This document shows positions 11,889 to 25,400 of a DNA stretch of 64,000 nucleotides, piece by piece. Under the pieces are notes generated by a model, which saw only the letters and a program-made list of their open reading frames with translations, was not told the DNA's origin and did not search any database. Within the stretch, counting starts at the first letter, position 1; every line of letters starts with the position of its first letter. Origin of the DNA: Cyanophora paradoxa CCMP329 (taxonomy: Eukaryota > Plantae > Glaucophyta). The stretch covers positions 70,055 to 134,054 of the forward strand of contig QPMI01000600.1 of the NCBI GenBank assembly GCA_004431415.1, written 5' to 3'. The position numbers and the translations under genes are program-made.

Positions 11889-14800
11889 CTAGTTGAGCGC
11901 GGCCGCAAGCTTCAGGGCGATGGCTGCGGCCAGCAGGATGCCGGGCAGCTGCAGCGCCGAGAAGGGAGCGGGGGCGGCGGAGAACCAAGGGCTGCGATTC
12001 GCAAAACGCGAGGTCAGCCCGCGCGAGAGACAAAGCCGCGCAGATTTCGAAGCTCACATCGAGGAGACAGTTGCGGACTCCCATGCGAAAGCCTGCACGC
12101 TGCCATGATCAGCCGATGTGATCATGAAGATAAAATTAAAAGGATAATCAGCAAAGGGGATGGGCACGTTTTCGAGCGTGAAATCCTGGAATTGCTTGTC
12201 ATCGCTCCGGATAACGAGAGAATACCCTTGGTTGATGTTGTAGGCCTGCGCGAACCGAGATGTGTCAGTACTAGTACTGCTTAAGATGCGCAGTGTTCCT
12301 CACCCCCAGGAGGGTGCGGGAGGAGCGCCGTAGGGCGTTGCAGGTCGCAAAAGCCGGGGCGGCTGCACGCGGGCAAGAAATTTCAAGTTTAGCCACAGTT
12401 TATGATCATGAGCGCGCATGCGCAAACTTCAAATCAAGGTTCGTCGATAGATAGATATGCGGAGATTGAATGATGCGGAGATCTAGACATACAGAGCGTC
12501 GGAGCGCGCGCGCGCACTGAATGTGATCTGGGTCTCGCTCGGGATCTGAGGGTTGGTGGCCGGGCAGGACTTCCCCGTCCTGGGCTCGACGATGAGAATC
12601 GTAATGCGGGCGCCGACAGGGAAGCCACTGCCGAGAATGGTCACCGCCGAGCCCGCCTGTCGCAGTCAAAAGTTGATTAATTAGATTAAGGCAGGCTATA
12701 ATTTTATGATTAATCAATCCGAGGGCCGGCGGCGGCGGCGCCGCGCCGGCGCCGGCGACGGCCGTCTCAAAGCAACGCGCCTGGGCAGATCTAACGGCGG
12801 GCTCCGGGAGCTTCGCAGTGTTGTTCGCGTCGAAAACAAGAGAAAATGTGTTGCCGCTCGATACACTCTGGCCCCCGACGTTTTGGATCACGATCTGTGT
12901 GATTTTCTGCGAAAAGAAATCGTTCAATGCGCGCGCTCGACGGTCGACGTCCTAAATATAACAGTATGGAAATTGAATCGGGCACCGGGCTGACTGCATT
13001 AACTGCAGGCGTTGCAGCTGGCGTCGGAGTAGGACCGGTACCGGAAGCGGGGGGCGGCGCGGTAGGCGAGGGCGACGGAGTCGGTGTGGCGGCAGTGGAA
13101 CTGCGGCTTGGCCGGGCGGGTGAGCTTGATCATGAGGCGCGAGCCGCGGGAAATCGAAGGCGGCTCGAAATAGACGGTCTTACGCCGGGCTTGGAGACGG
13201 TGTTGGAATGGCCGATGGCGAGGGACTGGCCATGGCCGACGGTGAGGGGCTGGCTGACGGGGATGGAGAAGGGCTGCGAGAAGTCAACGAAACGGGGCTT
13301 CAAAGCTATAAGGCCAGCGCTAGCGTTCATGATCACCTGGGAGTAGGAGTTGCAGGTACAACGCAAAGGGCTGTGTATACATGACGGCAAGCATGAGTTA
13401 GACGTCAAGAGGTGTATGTTCAATCAAATCGCGCACAAACTTCTGCGACTGTGTCGAATCGCGCAGCTCCAGGGTTGTTTGTATTGGCGGAGGTCCAAAT
13501 CAGAAGAAACCCGTTTGTGTCATCGTAAGAAGTTGTCCTCGGTCCCGGAGCAGCATCGCCGTTAACACTGTAACTTCTGAATAAAATGGCTTTGGTCCTC
13601 ACGTTCATTCCATATGCCTGCGCGCTAGCTTGAGGTCTCGGATACAGTTTGCAATGACTCACGGCTGCTACACGACTCACGGCTGCTACATGCGCTTCAC
13701 CCGCTGCGATGGTAGTGGATGTAGTTTTAATCTTGCTCTTGTCAACGTCGCAGCCAGAAGACGGCGCCACCTTCACGAGCCTGCATGCAATAATTAATAT
13801 TTAATATTGCAATATAATATGATTGGAATGGCGAGGGACAGACCAGAGGTGCAGGGACAACGAAGACACGTTAGCAGGCAGGGCGAAGGCCAACTGAGCA
13901 TTGGGGGACACGGAAACCTCCGTGAAACTGAAATTCTTGGGGCTACTATTGATCGAATTGCCGACAGGGAGAGCTGTGGCTGGACTTGGCGTCTCTGCGC
14001 ACGCAGGCGCGGGTCGGACGTCGCGATCGTGCGAGGGTAAATAGAAACATGTATATATACGTATACAACAAATACAGGGAGCCCGGGGCCAGGGTTGCAA
14101 GTAATTCATCAGCGCACCGCCAGGCGAGACACTTTTGTACGTTGCAGTGAAATCGATGGTAACGTCAAAGGTTCCAGCTGGCTCATATCCAAGAACGAGA
14201 AGCTTGTCTGACGTGCTCGTGAATTTCACCGGCAGCGCGCTCGTGTCAATGTAGGAGGCCAGCAGAAAAGGCGATTCGCCGAAGTCGACCACCTTTATAG
14301 CGAATTGTTAAATTCAAAATGATGCATTCATTGAATATTAATCGTCATCATGATCGCGTGTGCAGTGTGCACGTGCACATCGTCGCGTACGTGAATGTAG
14401 CTATGGACGCACCCGCAGAAATCCAGCTCCTTGCGCGACAGCGGTGAACTCCAACTGGACGCGGTCACCCTCCGTCTCTGCTCTTATCGACCTGCGTGCA
14501 CAATCGCGAGTCGGCTTGCAGCGGCCTGACGCGCACCGCCGCCGCGGCTTGGTGGCGCGCGCGCGGGGGGGGCGGGGGGCCGGGGGGGCGGCGGCCGGCG
14601 TCCGCCCGCGGCCGGCCGGCTGCCGCAGTGCCGCAGTGCCATACTATGATTTGCATGCAATGCATATAGCATGCATATGCATATGGAAGGCCAGAGTCGA
14701 TCCAGCCTGATGATGATCATGCAAACGTGAACGCACCACATGGCAAACGGTCTGTAGGCTACACTTGGCTTGCCTTGAAACTCCACCGCGGTCGTGTTCG

Positions 14801-14918
14801 CAACGAAGTTTTTAAGGAGGGCATCTGGAGCCGCGTTGGCTGCGGTGGCCGCGACGAGTGCGACGGCGAAGCACAACGCCCTGAGGCCTCGCGCAAGGCC
14901 GAAGCGAGAGCGCGCCAT
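11889..14918 (-). CDS. Putative secreted/GPI-anchored cell-surface protein (signal peptide, CUB-like segment, Pro/Thr/Ser linker, IPT/TIG-like domain), multi-exon
   Basis: MARSRF..ALCFAVALVAATAANAA signal peptide. FTSTSDKLLVL..FTATYKS resembles a CUB C-terminus. PTPSPSPTAPPP linker at ~13.0-13.1 kb. GSAVTILGSGF..CPATNPQIPSETQITF is IPT/TIG-like. The last exon PWFSAAPAPFSALQLPGILLAAAIALKLAAALN* is a hydrophobic tail. Confidence 0.55.
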
Positions 14919-16093
14919 GTGCATCTCGCTGCAGCCTGCAGCGCGCGCGCTAGCTATAGCTAAGCTGTCCTCACTATAGCTAAAAGTCAACATCGAGCGC
15001 GTCGACCTTCAAGGCTTCGACGTACTACGGTACGCGTCCGACGCGTACAGTCGATGCCATGAATCCCATAATTGATTCCCATGATCGGATGTGACCAGCG
15101 TTGTCATCATGATGGACACGGCCGTCGAGGCATCATGATGGGGTGATAATGATCGATCATGATCAATCATGATGTCATGCAGCGATCATCATCGTTCAAC
15201 ACGGCATTTCCAACTCCTATTTCGCTGCACGAGCTCTCTGCTGCTTTTCTAATGCAAAGCAACGTGTTTATGACTCATTCCCGACCAAGCTGGATAGAAA
15301 TTGGGCTCAGAGTTGGCCTGAAAGAGGCCCACACACTCCTCTTCCCAAGATTTTTGAGGCAGAGGAGCGGTTGATTAACCTCCTGCAATGTCAAGATAGT
15401 GTGTTATGTGTTTTAGAAGCTGCGTTAAGCGTATCCGCACCCATTCTCGAAGTGCGAATCGGTGCGATTTTGCATCGCCAGCGGCTAAGGGTGGTGTCAC
15501 CTGTACCCCCCACGGCACCACAGCAGCCTTTCAACATCGTCAGAATCGTTCCAAACCTCCTCTGACTAGCATATACGGTGTCGTTAAGCTGTTTAGAGAG
15601 CATAAAAGGTCGTTCAAACAGCGCGGGCGTCCAGAAACACGCGATTTGTGCACCGTACAGGTACCCCCCCCCTCATCATGATGGCCCCGATCATAATCCG
15701 ACGTCATCATGATGCGTATTTTACGTGCCATCATGATGTCGTCATCATGATGTGCGCATAATTATGACAGCACTGGATGTGACTCACTAGTACTGACTCA
15801 CAGTCATGATCCGATGATCAGCTGGCAGCTGCAGCCTGCGCGCAGACTGCATGCAGTGACCGGCCCATGGCCAGAGGGCCCCAGCTAGGGCCCAGACGTC
15901 GACCCGGGACCGTGTATACTTAGTATATACGTACCGTCCCGCCGACGCGGTCCCGGTCCGTCCGGGCCGGTCCGGCGTCCGAGTCGGTAGTACTCGGTAC
16001 CGGTCCGACGCGTACGGTCGGACTCCCGGACTCCCAGAAACTGGGCCGGAAACTTAAGCTTGAAATTGGCCCGGAATCCGAGTCCGAGGCCCG

Positions 16094-16802
16094 GAGCGTG
16101 ATCCACCGTGCCTCTGCCTCGGGCAGTGAAAAAAAGTCTGCCTTGCCTTGCCTTGCCTAGCTTTCAAGTGAATTAAGTCAAGGCCTAGGCAAGGCAAGGC
16201 AGACTTTTTTTACATCTGAACCTAGGCACCTAGCCTCGGCTGGCGGTCCATGAGGCAGGCTACGTAAGCGCCCCAACGGCTAGCTGTTTCAAATCGCGCC
16301 GCCGTCGCGCAGCGCACGGCGCATCACTGTCGCCCGCGGCACGACGCTTACGTGTCTGCACACTCATAAGCAACATCTGGACGCACTTTGAGCTCGAGCT
16401 CTAGCTAGTGCTAGCTAGCTGGCGCTAGCTGCAAGGCGCCAGGTGAGCTGGCATCGCCCAGCTAGTCATTAGTGGTCAGTCTAACATCCTGCTAGGTTGC
16501 TAGTGACTTGCTACAATGCGCGAGGACAGTGGCAGGGAACGGGCGCCAGCAGGACTTGAACCGAGGCAGCCTGCCTCGGCTGCCCTAGGCTCCCTAGCGG
16601 GGTCTGAGGCCCCTAGGCAGCGGAGGCAACCTGCCTCATTTTTTTTCTGCCTTGCCTAGATTGTGCAGTCCAGACTTTCAAGTTAGGCAGCTGCCTGCAG
16701 AGGCGGTCCATGCTGCCTTTTTCAAGTTGGATTTTCGACGCAGTCGTAATTAGCCAATCGCGTAACTTGGAGGCCGAGGCAGAGGCACGGTGGATCACGC
16801 TC
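16094..16802. mobile_element. Non-autonomous TIR DNA transposon (MITE), ~709 bp
   Basis: Perfect ~29-30 bp TIRs: (g)gagcgtgatccaccgtgcctctgcctcgg at 16093-16122 and its reverse complement at 16774-16803. CCG on both sides (16091-16093, 16803-16805) is a candidate 3-bp TSD. No ORF; subterminal GCCTTG/AGGCAG motifs. Confidence 0.85.
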
Positions 16803-16889
16803 CCGGCGCGCAAGAGGTCCGAGGGCTCTTTGCTGCTGGACCCCGAAAAAAACTCCGAAATTGGAATTCCGATCGACCGTCGGACAGTC

Positions 16890-17020
16890 CCCACTGACTC
16901 CCCAGGGCCCAGACTGACCCCAGTGACTCAGTGACTCCCCAGATCTAGAGTCCCCAGTGACTCCCCACTGACTCCCTACTGAGTCCCTAGTGACTCAGTG
17001 ACTCCCCACTGACTCCCCAG
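16890..17020 (+). repeat. Degenerate minisatellite (c/g)tgactcccca(g/c)
   Basis: About 10 imperfect copies of an ~11-bp TGACTCCCCA-like unit. Confidence 0.7.
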
Positions 17021-18608
17021 CGCCTCCTTGGAGGCTCAATCCTCCTCACGGTGCGGATATCGATCGGATGATTCGGATCTCAGAGATTCTCAGTGCATCT
17101 GACTGCCAGGCTGCAATGCCGCTGCATCATCTCACCGTACCCTTTTAATTTCAAGTTTCGGCGAAATTCGAATTCGATTTTTTTGAAGTCGAATTTTGGC
17201 GCTCCGATCCGATGATCCGGCCATATGCATGCAGTACTAGCTACCGGGTACAACCGTACGGTACGAGTCGTACACAGTGACATATGCATGCGCTGCTGAG
17301 CATGATGATGCGCATGCGCATTCACGGTCCACCGTCCACGGTACACCTGCATGCGCATGCATGCGCAGCTGCATGCGCACATGCAGGCTGCATGCGCAGC
17401 GTTGCCCGGCGCGGTGGTCACTAATGACTCACTATACCTTGAAATACTTGATTTCCGCGCCACAAATTCCTGTAATTAGACGTATATATACATATATAGA
17501 AAGTTTTAGTCGAGACTTAATTTCGACGAAACCCGAAAATCGAGACGAAAATATGGTTCGACACGCTGACGACAGGCTGTCGACAGCATCAAATTTTCGT
17601 CAGGCCCGCGACTCCGCCATAGACGGAGAATCAAATTCAAGAGAATTTCAGTTCAAGAGAATCAAATAGACGGAGAATAGGCCCGCGATTTCAGTTCAAG
17701 AGAATCAAATATTCGTCAAAGTGCATGTCTGACGAATAAAGACGAAATATTGAAGACGCTGTCGAAGATTCCTACCGTAGTACGTTTACAGTATCGCGTT
17801 CTAAACTTGAACTTCAGCGCCGGTCCCGGTAAGCATTTTAAAATTTAGCGCCCCCAGCCCTGGGCACACTGTGACAGACTGCCGCACAGTGGGCAGCCCC
17901 CCCCCCCCCCCCCCCCCCCCTCCCAGTTATAATTAGCTAGAGCCTCCGGGAAGGACACTGAGAAATCAACTGCAAGAGCTTTATATAGTACTTGCCTGCA
18001 AGAGTCTTCAGATTCTAGTTGAGAGAGAATCATTTATATTTCTTAGCTTCGATCTTTCGGGTAGAGTACCAGTACTACGGCACTTTACTACGCATACTAT
18101 GATATATAGCTACGGAATGCAACACACACTATTTAACCTGTATACGTAATGCATATGGATATGAGGATTATATAGTAAGTATGGGTTTAGTAATGTCTAA
18201 AGTAACGCCACATGTACTGGCGAAATCAAAGAGATTCAGCTGGACGCGCACTAGGAAGGAGATCAAGAGCCTTGGAGAGAGAAAAATTTAAAGGACTAGA
18301 CTGTGCATGTAACGAAATCTGATCGCAGCGATCGCAGCGAAGAAAGAGGATCATGCGCAGCGATCGTTGGATCGGCGCAGAACTTGAAAAGTCTAGATCT
18401 AGATCTGCGACTAATAAACAATCACAATTGCAGCGGAACTAATGACTAAACAACGAGCTAGCTGGGCCGAGGGCCCGAGGCCCGGGGGTCGTGTAACAAA
18501 TAACGAGCGCTAGCCGTTCTATAACGTGCACAGGCAATAGTCTAACTGTAACAGGAGATCACTAACGGTGAGCGGACATGTACAGTCTCTGACGGTGAGC
18601 GCGTGGCG

Positions 18609-21568
18609 CTAGAGGCCGCTCGCGATCGCGGGGCCCTGAGGCTGCTGCCCCGGGCAGGGGGTGTCGTCGGCGGGGGCGGGGAGGGAGGCGAGCTCGCGGC
18701 AGCCGTCGCCAAAGGGCCAGGCGAGGCCGAGGGCGGGGAGGGCGCGGGTGAGGGTCGGGCAGCACGAGACCCCCGCCGGCAGCAGGCCCATAACCCGCTC
18801 CATCTGCGATCGATATCGCGAGGCGATCGAATCAGAGAGGGGCAGGGCGCTCCGGAGGGGGGGGGGGGGGGGGGGGGCAGGGCGCGCGCGCCTCGGAGTA
18901 GCTGCGGAAAAAGAAGCGCTTCTCCGCCGCCGAGAGCTCCACCACGTCGTACCCCTCCGTCTTCGGGGGAATCAGGGGCCGGGGCGAGAGGCGAGCGGCG
19001 GGGCGGCGGGGCGGGGGCGAGGGGGGGCGGGCCCGGGCGAGGAGGCCCCGGATGCTCTGCTCGTCCTGCACCCCCAGCTCCATCTGCGGCCCGGCCACGG
19101 AAGCCTCAGGGGGGCGGGGGCGGGGCGGGGGCGGGGTGCGGGCCCGGGCGAAGGTGAGGTGGCGGGCGGGGGCGAGGCGCTCGAAGAAGGCGGCCTCCCG
19201 GAAGTCCAGCGCGTCCCCCAGCAGCTGCACCTGAGAGGGGCGACCTCAGCCGCGACGCGATCCCGGAGGGGCGGCGGCGCCCCGGCCCGCTCGCCTGCAT
19301 GAAGAAGTAGAGGCCGCAGAGGTCCGTCCCCGCCGCGATCCGCGCGTGCAGCGCCGGCCCCATCATCCCGCACGGCACCCTGCCGCGCCGTCAGAGATCG
19401 CGCCGGGGCGGGGCGGGGCGGGGCGGGGCGGGGCGGGGGCGCCTGGGGAGGACGAGGGTACGGTTGGCGAGCCGCGCCACCGTCGCCGCCCGCACCAGCG
19501 CGTCCACCTGCGCCCCGCGCGCCCCGCCCCTTGTTGGCCCCGGCCGGCGCTCTCGCCGCCAGTCGCCCGGCGCGCCTGGTTCGCCAGCGTCGCCCCGCCC
19601 CCGGGCGGCTTGTACGTCAGGAAGCGCCCTGCGCCCCGCCCCCGCGGCTCAGCGGAGGGGGTGCCGCGGGGGCGGAGGACGCTCGAGGGGTTCGGCACCG
19701 TTCCAGTACTCGGGGGGGTCCACGAACCAGAGCAGCTGGTCCCGCAGCACGTGCACCTTCTCCTCCCGCACCGCCCTGGGAGGGGGAGGGGGGGGGGGTC
19801 CGAGTCAGCGCGGGTTCGTTCGGACGGCTTGACGAGAGGGGGAGGGGTACCAGTTGGCGTGGACGATGTATGGGACGACGCCGGCGCTCTGCGGGGCCCG
19901 CACCCAGAAGTACTCCATTCCTGGGGGGTACGGCGTCGAAAGGAGCCCCTCCCAGGGACGAGTGTGCTGTACCGGCGGGGAAGTGGAGCGTGTCGAGCAG
20001 GTGCACGGAAACGTTGTGCCCCGGGAAGCGGAGCACGCGAGCCGGCTCGTCGATCTCGGGGCTCTGCGGGCGTGTACATGTGCAGCGGGCCGCGGCTGAG
20101 ACGGGCGCCGGGGCCAGCGAACGCGGGGGGTACCGCACCAGCTCCCGCATGAAGCGGTTCAGGGCGCACTGGGGTACGTATTATACGTGAGTTCGGAAAA
20201 GGGGGAGCGGGGATACCCGCGCGGCGCCCCGAGAGCACCTGGACCGTGCAGTGCACCCACCGCTTCCGGGCGGCCTGTACCCCCCCCTCAAGGTTTAAGA
20301 AGAGGGATAGTAGTTCCAAGAGGGGTACACCCACCTCGAGGAGGAAGCGAACGGTGTCCGGATCGCTTCGGGCGTACACGAAGCCCGCGTTCACCTGAGT
20401 GACGGGCAGTGAGAAAGAGGGGGGGAGAAGACGGGACGGGGGTACGGCGCGGGAGGGCGCGCGCCTCCTCGAACGGCTGCCCGGGGATGCGCTTCGTTCC
20501 CAGGAAGGCCTCGGTCTGCATCTGCAATACGCGCGGTTCGCGACGTGTACCCGGAGGTTGGGGGGGGGGGTACGGGGACCTCGGAGGAGAAGGCGCGGCG
20601 GGCGAACAGGGGCGTCGGGTCCCGCACGAAGACGACATCCGCGTCCACGACGACGACGTCCGTCCCCAGCGCCGCCGCGTTCAGCAGGTACCGCAGCTTC
20701 AGGTCCAGCTGCGGGCTACGCGTCGGATGCATAGGGGGGCACGCGCGCGCGCGCGGGGTGCGGGGCGGGGCGGGGCCCCGGGTGGGGGCGGGCCTGGGTG
20801 AGCCAGAGGTAGCCGCGGCCCGCGGAGGGGCGGTCGAGGAAGCAGGGGACGCCGGCCTCGGCGGCCACGTCGCAGACCGCCTCGTTGGTCGACAGCACGA
20901 GCGCCGGCGCCGACACGCCCGCCCGCTCCATCGACACCAGCGCGTTCGTCAGCTGCGCGTGCGCGAAGGATTTAGAAACTGGATCGAGCCCGGGAACGCG
21001 CCCCCGCGCTCGCTCGCACCAGCTTACGCCCTGCGCATGTACGCGCGGCGCCGGCCGCGCCGATGCCGGTCAGTGCGAGGTGGGGCGGCGCGGGCGCGGA
21101 GGGCGGGCTCGGGAGTGTACGCGTACACATCTCGGCGCGATCCGAGTACTCCATCGTCTGGTGCACAGAGAAGAGGTAAACGAGGGGCCGCCGCATGGGC
21201 CCGCCCAGCGCGCGCTCGACCTCCCGGTGCGCGCCGGCCATCGCGGCCAGCTCCAGCACGTCGTCGAGCGCTTGCGCGAGCCCATCGACGCGCAGATCGT
21301 CGGGGAGGGGCGCCTCGGGGCCGCGAACCCACGGCCCGTGGTCCAGGTGCACGTCGGCGGCGGCGGCCCCCGCGAAGTGCCAGGCGGCGCCGTGCTGAGC
21401 CGACGACAAGATACAGAGAGAAGATGTAAGGAAGCAGAGAACGAGGGCCCTGAGAGCGAGGCCCCGCTGGCATGTGCATCTTGACCGCGGCCAGTACTGG
21501 TTCCGCGGCCGACACCTCGCGCGTTGCAAACGCGCGTGCCTCGTTTCATCGGCTGCAGGTTCCCTCAT
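18609..21568 (-). CDS. Nucleotide-diphospho-sugar transferase (GT77, XEG113-like), type II membrane protein, multi-exon
   Basis: N-terminal TM (ALVLCFLTSSLCILSS). LNAAALGTDVVVVDADVVFVRDP contains the DxD motif. VNAGFVYARS, VHLLDTLHFP and a later ANRTLVLPRVPC segment resemble the XEG113-type C-terminal domain. Confidence 0.7.
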
Positions 21569-22417
21569 CTTCGCCGCTGCTGGATCGCTCGATGAGCATC
21601 CGTCGCGTGGAGTGCGCGTGCCACGCTGGCACCGGTCCAGGCTGCGGCGCGCACGCGTACGCGTTGGCCCGCGGGCCCGCTGGCATGCGTGGCGACTTAG
21701 CTGATGCTCTCTCCCCCTCGAGCTCGCAACCCGCTCGCTGATGTTCCGAAGTTTGCAGCTTCCTCGCAACCTGGAGCTCTCTTCGAGCCTACCGCCGGCC
21801 CCGGCGCCGGGCGGCGCCGCCGCGCCGGCTACCGGTATCGGGGCCGGGTAGAGTCACTCTGAGTCAGGCGGAAAAAGTGGCGAAAGGAAACGCCTAGCTA
21901 TAGCCGTCGGACTTGGAGCCGCCGGACTTGGCTGAATTCGGATCGGAGCCGCCGCCGGCCAGATCCGGAGTCGACGCCCGGAATTCCGAATTGCTGCGGA
22001 ATTCCACATGCATACGCGAACGCTGCGCCACACGTACCGGTACACGGCCCGCCATCGGCCGGCCGCGGGCTAGCGCTGCGCATGCGCGCGGGCCGCGCGC
22101 GATAATGCGACGCGGCGCCACATGGCCCGCGCCCGCTCTGCGGCCGGGCTGCTGGCCGTGCCTGACACCGCCGCGCGCTCCCCACCGGCCGGGCCCGAAA
22201 GCTACGGGCGCCTCGCGCGGGCGCTTGGTCGATCTCCCTCCCGGCATGTCGAAGAGGACCACCGGAAAAGCCAATTCCAATCTGTACAGACAAATCGCAG
22301 GCCGTCGACCTACACACTACTAATACTCATCTCTCTCCTCAAATTAAAAATGCGGCGCCGCGGCGGCCGCCCCCTAACGCAGCGGGGCGGGCCGCCTCCC
22401 AGACGAGGGGGGCGCCC

Positions 22418-25400
22418 TCAGGGGAGCACGGTCGCGACCTGCGCGCCCGTCGGTCAGGGGGCGGCGGGGGGCGGCCCCGCGGGGGTACGCACGTCGTCGA
22501 CGACCCGGTCGAGGGACGCCGAGACGGCCCTCTCGAGGGCCGCCTCCTCCCCCTCCCCCTCCCCCTCCCCCTCCGCGGCCGCCGCCGCAGGCGCGGGCGC
22601 AGGCGCGGGCGCCGCCTCCTTCGGCTCCTCTGGAGCCTCCGGGGCCGGGACCGGGGCGGCCGGCGGGGCCGGGGCGGCGGGGCCGCCGGTGCGGGAGCTG
22701 CGGGGCCGGGCGGCGGGGGCCGGTGCGGGTGCGGGCTCGCGGGGCGGGTCGGGGAGCGCGGAGGCAGCGAGCGCCGCGGCGGCCGCCATCTCCTCCGCCA
22801 GCCCGGCAACAGCCACCTGCGGGGAGGGCGCGTGAGCGGCGCGCGGGGGCGGGGGCGAGGGCGGCGGGGCGGCTCGCCTGGAGGCCCTGCTCCCACGCCT
22901 CCTCCGACTCCCGGTCCGCCGCCGCCGCCGCCGCCGCGGGGATCGCCGGCACCGGCGCCGCCGGCTTGGCCTCCGCCGCCGCCGCCGGCTTGGGCTCTTC
23001 CGCCGGCTCCGGCGCCGGCTCGGGCGCGGGCGGCGCCGGCTTCTGGTCGGCGGAGGGGGCGGAAGGGGGCGGGGCGGTGCGGGCCGTCCCGAGCGGCTCG
23101 CGCTCCGCAAGGTCCGAGGGGCCCTCCTCGGCCGCGGCCTTCTCCGCCCCGGGCGCCTCGTCCGCCGACCCCTCCGCCGCCTCCTCCGCCTTGGGTGGCT
23201 CCTCCTCCGCGGCCTTGGGCGGCGCCGCCTCCTCCTCCTCCGCCTTGGGCGGCGCCTCCTCCGCCTTGGGCGCCGCCTCCTCCACCCTTGGTGCCTCATC
23301 CTCGACCTTGGGGCCTCCTCCTCGGCGATGGAGGCCGGCTGCGCCGCCGCCGCCGCCGCCTTCTGGTCGCCCGAGGGCGCCGAGCCGGGCGCCGCCGTCC
23401 GCGCCGTCCCCGCCGGCTCCCGCTCGCCGAGGTCCGAGGGCCCCTCGCCCTTGTCGGCGCCGGCGGTTGTGCCCGGCCGGTCCTCCGCCGCCGCCGCCGC
23501 CTCGAGGTTCGCGTCGACGCCGGCGAAGACCGCGCCGACCACCTCCGCCGCCTCCGGCACCTCCTCCTCCTCCCCCGCAGCCTTCGCCGGCTCCGGCTCC
23601 GGCTCCGCCTCCGGCGCCGGCGCCGCCGCCTCCTCCTTCGGCTCCTCCGGCGCCTCGGCCGGCTTCTCCGCCTCCGCCTCCTCCGCCGCCGCCGGCGCCG
23701 CCGCCGCCGCCTCCTCCTCCTTCGCCGGCTCCTCCACCGCCGCAGGCTCCTCCTTCTCTTCATCGGCGGCGACGGCCGCCGGCGGGGCGGACGCCTCGCC
23801 AGCGTCGTCCTCGACGATGTACCCCCCGTCCCCGTCCTCCTGCGGGCCCGCCGCCGCCGCCGGCTCGGGCTCGGGCTCGGGTTCAACCGGCTTGGCCTCG
23901 GGCTCGGGCTCGGGCTCCTTGGCGGCCTCGCCGGGCGGGGCGGAGGCGAGGAGGGTGCGGGCCGTGCCCTCGGGCTCCCGCTCCGCGGTGTCCGAGGGCC
24001 CGGCGCCGGCCTCGGGCGCCGCGGTGGCGGGGGCCTCGTCCTCCGCCTCGAACGCGGCGTCGGCGGGGCCGGGGGCGGCGCCCTCCTCGGGCTCCTCCTG
24101 CTCGTCCCGGGGCTTGGCCGGCGGCCCCGCCCGCACCGACTTGGCGCTCAGCATCCGAGCCCGCTGCCCCTCGTCGAAGCAGACCACTGCGCCCGCCCCC
24201 GCGCCCCGTCGGAACGAGCGCGGGGCGGAGGGCGGGAGGGAGGCGCCGCGCACCCTCGGGGTCGCCCTCGGACTCGGCCGGCTCGTCGGCGAACATGGCG
24301 CGCCGCTGCGGACCCGCCTCCTCGCCCTCCTCCTTCTCCAGGTTCTCCTGCACCGCCCCCAGCACGTCCCCCATTACCGCCGACGCCGCCGCCTGCCCCG
24401 TCGTCAGCGCCGAGCGCGCGTCGGGGCGCCGGGGCCGGCGGACCTCCTCCTTGGGGGCGGCCTGGGCCTCCTCGTGCCCCCCCGGGGGGGGCGAGGGCGA
24501 GGCGCCCTCCTTGAAGTCGTACTTGGCGTACCCGTACTCGCGCTTGGCGCCCTTGCTGCCCCCCGCGCGCTTCTCGCCGGCCTCGCCCTCCTCGCCCTCG
24601 CCCTCGTCGTCGGAGAGGAGCTGCTGGAGGACCGCCTCGCGCTCCCTCTCCCGCATCTCCCGCTCCGCCCGCGCCTCCTCGTCCTCCGCCTCCACCGCAC
24701 TCCCCCCGGAGAGCTCCGCCGCCTTCTTCGCGAAGTCCGCCTCCGCCTGCCCGGGACGGGGCGTCAGGGGCCGCCGCGCGGGAGGGGAGCGGACCCGGCT
24801 CGCCTGCTGGAACTTGGGCTCCAGGTCGGGCGCGGGGCTCACGAAGCTCTGCCGGATCGCCGGCGCCTCCTCCTTCTTCCCCGCCCCCGCCTCCTTCTTC
24901 TTCTCCAGCGGCGGCAGCGAGTGCGGCGCCGCCCCCGCGCTCCCCGGCCGCTTCGCCGCCGCCTTGCCCGGCGGGGCGCCCGCCGGCGCCGCCGGCTTGG
25001 CCTCCGGCTCCTTCTTTTTGGTCTCCAGCGGCTTGAGGGTCTTCCGCTTCGGAGGCGGGTGCGACGTGATCAGGTTCGCCGGCGCCGAGGGCGGCGCCCC
25101 CGGCAGCGACTGGCCCTGCGCCGCGTCGGAAGAAGAAGCAAAGGGGCGGGCGGGCGGGCGAGAAGGGGGGCGGACGGTGGCGGCGCCGTTCCAGGTGCGG
25201 GCGAAGACCTCGGGCCCGCCCTCGGGCTCCCCCTCGCCCTCGTGCGGGCTGTACTGCTGCTGCCCGCCGTACCGCTCGTACATCGACGACGTGCTCGCGC
25301 TCAGCCGCGGCGGCTCGTCCCCGTACGGGTACCTGCGCCCCCGCCGCCCCGCCGCGCCCCGTCAGCCGCGGCCGGCTCCTTCTGCCTTCTTTTGGGCGCG

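Noticed and set aside
10779-18877. Poly-C/G tracts of ~20 nt (about 10779, 17897, 18857) as G-quadruplex regulatory sites
   Set aside because: Expected in this composition, homopolymer lengths are unreliable, and there is no supporting context.
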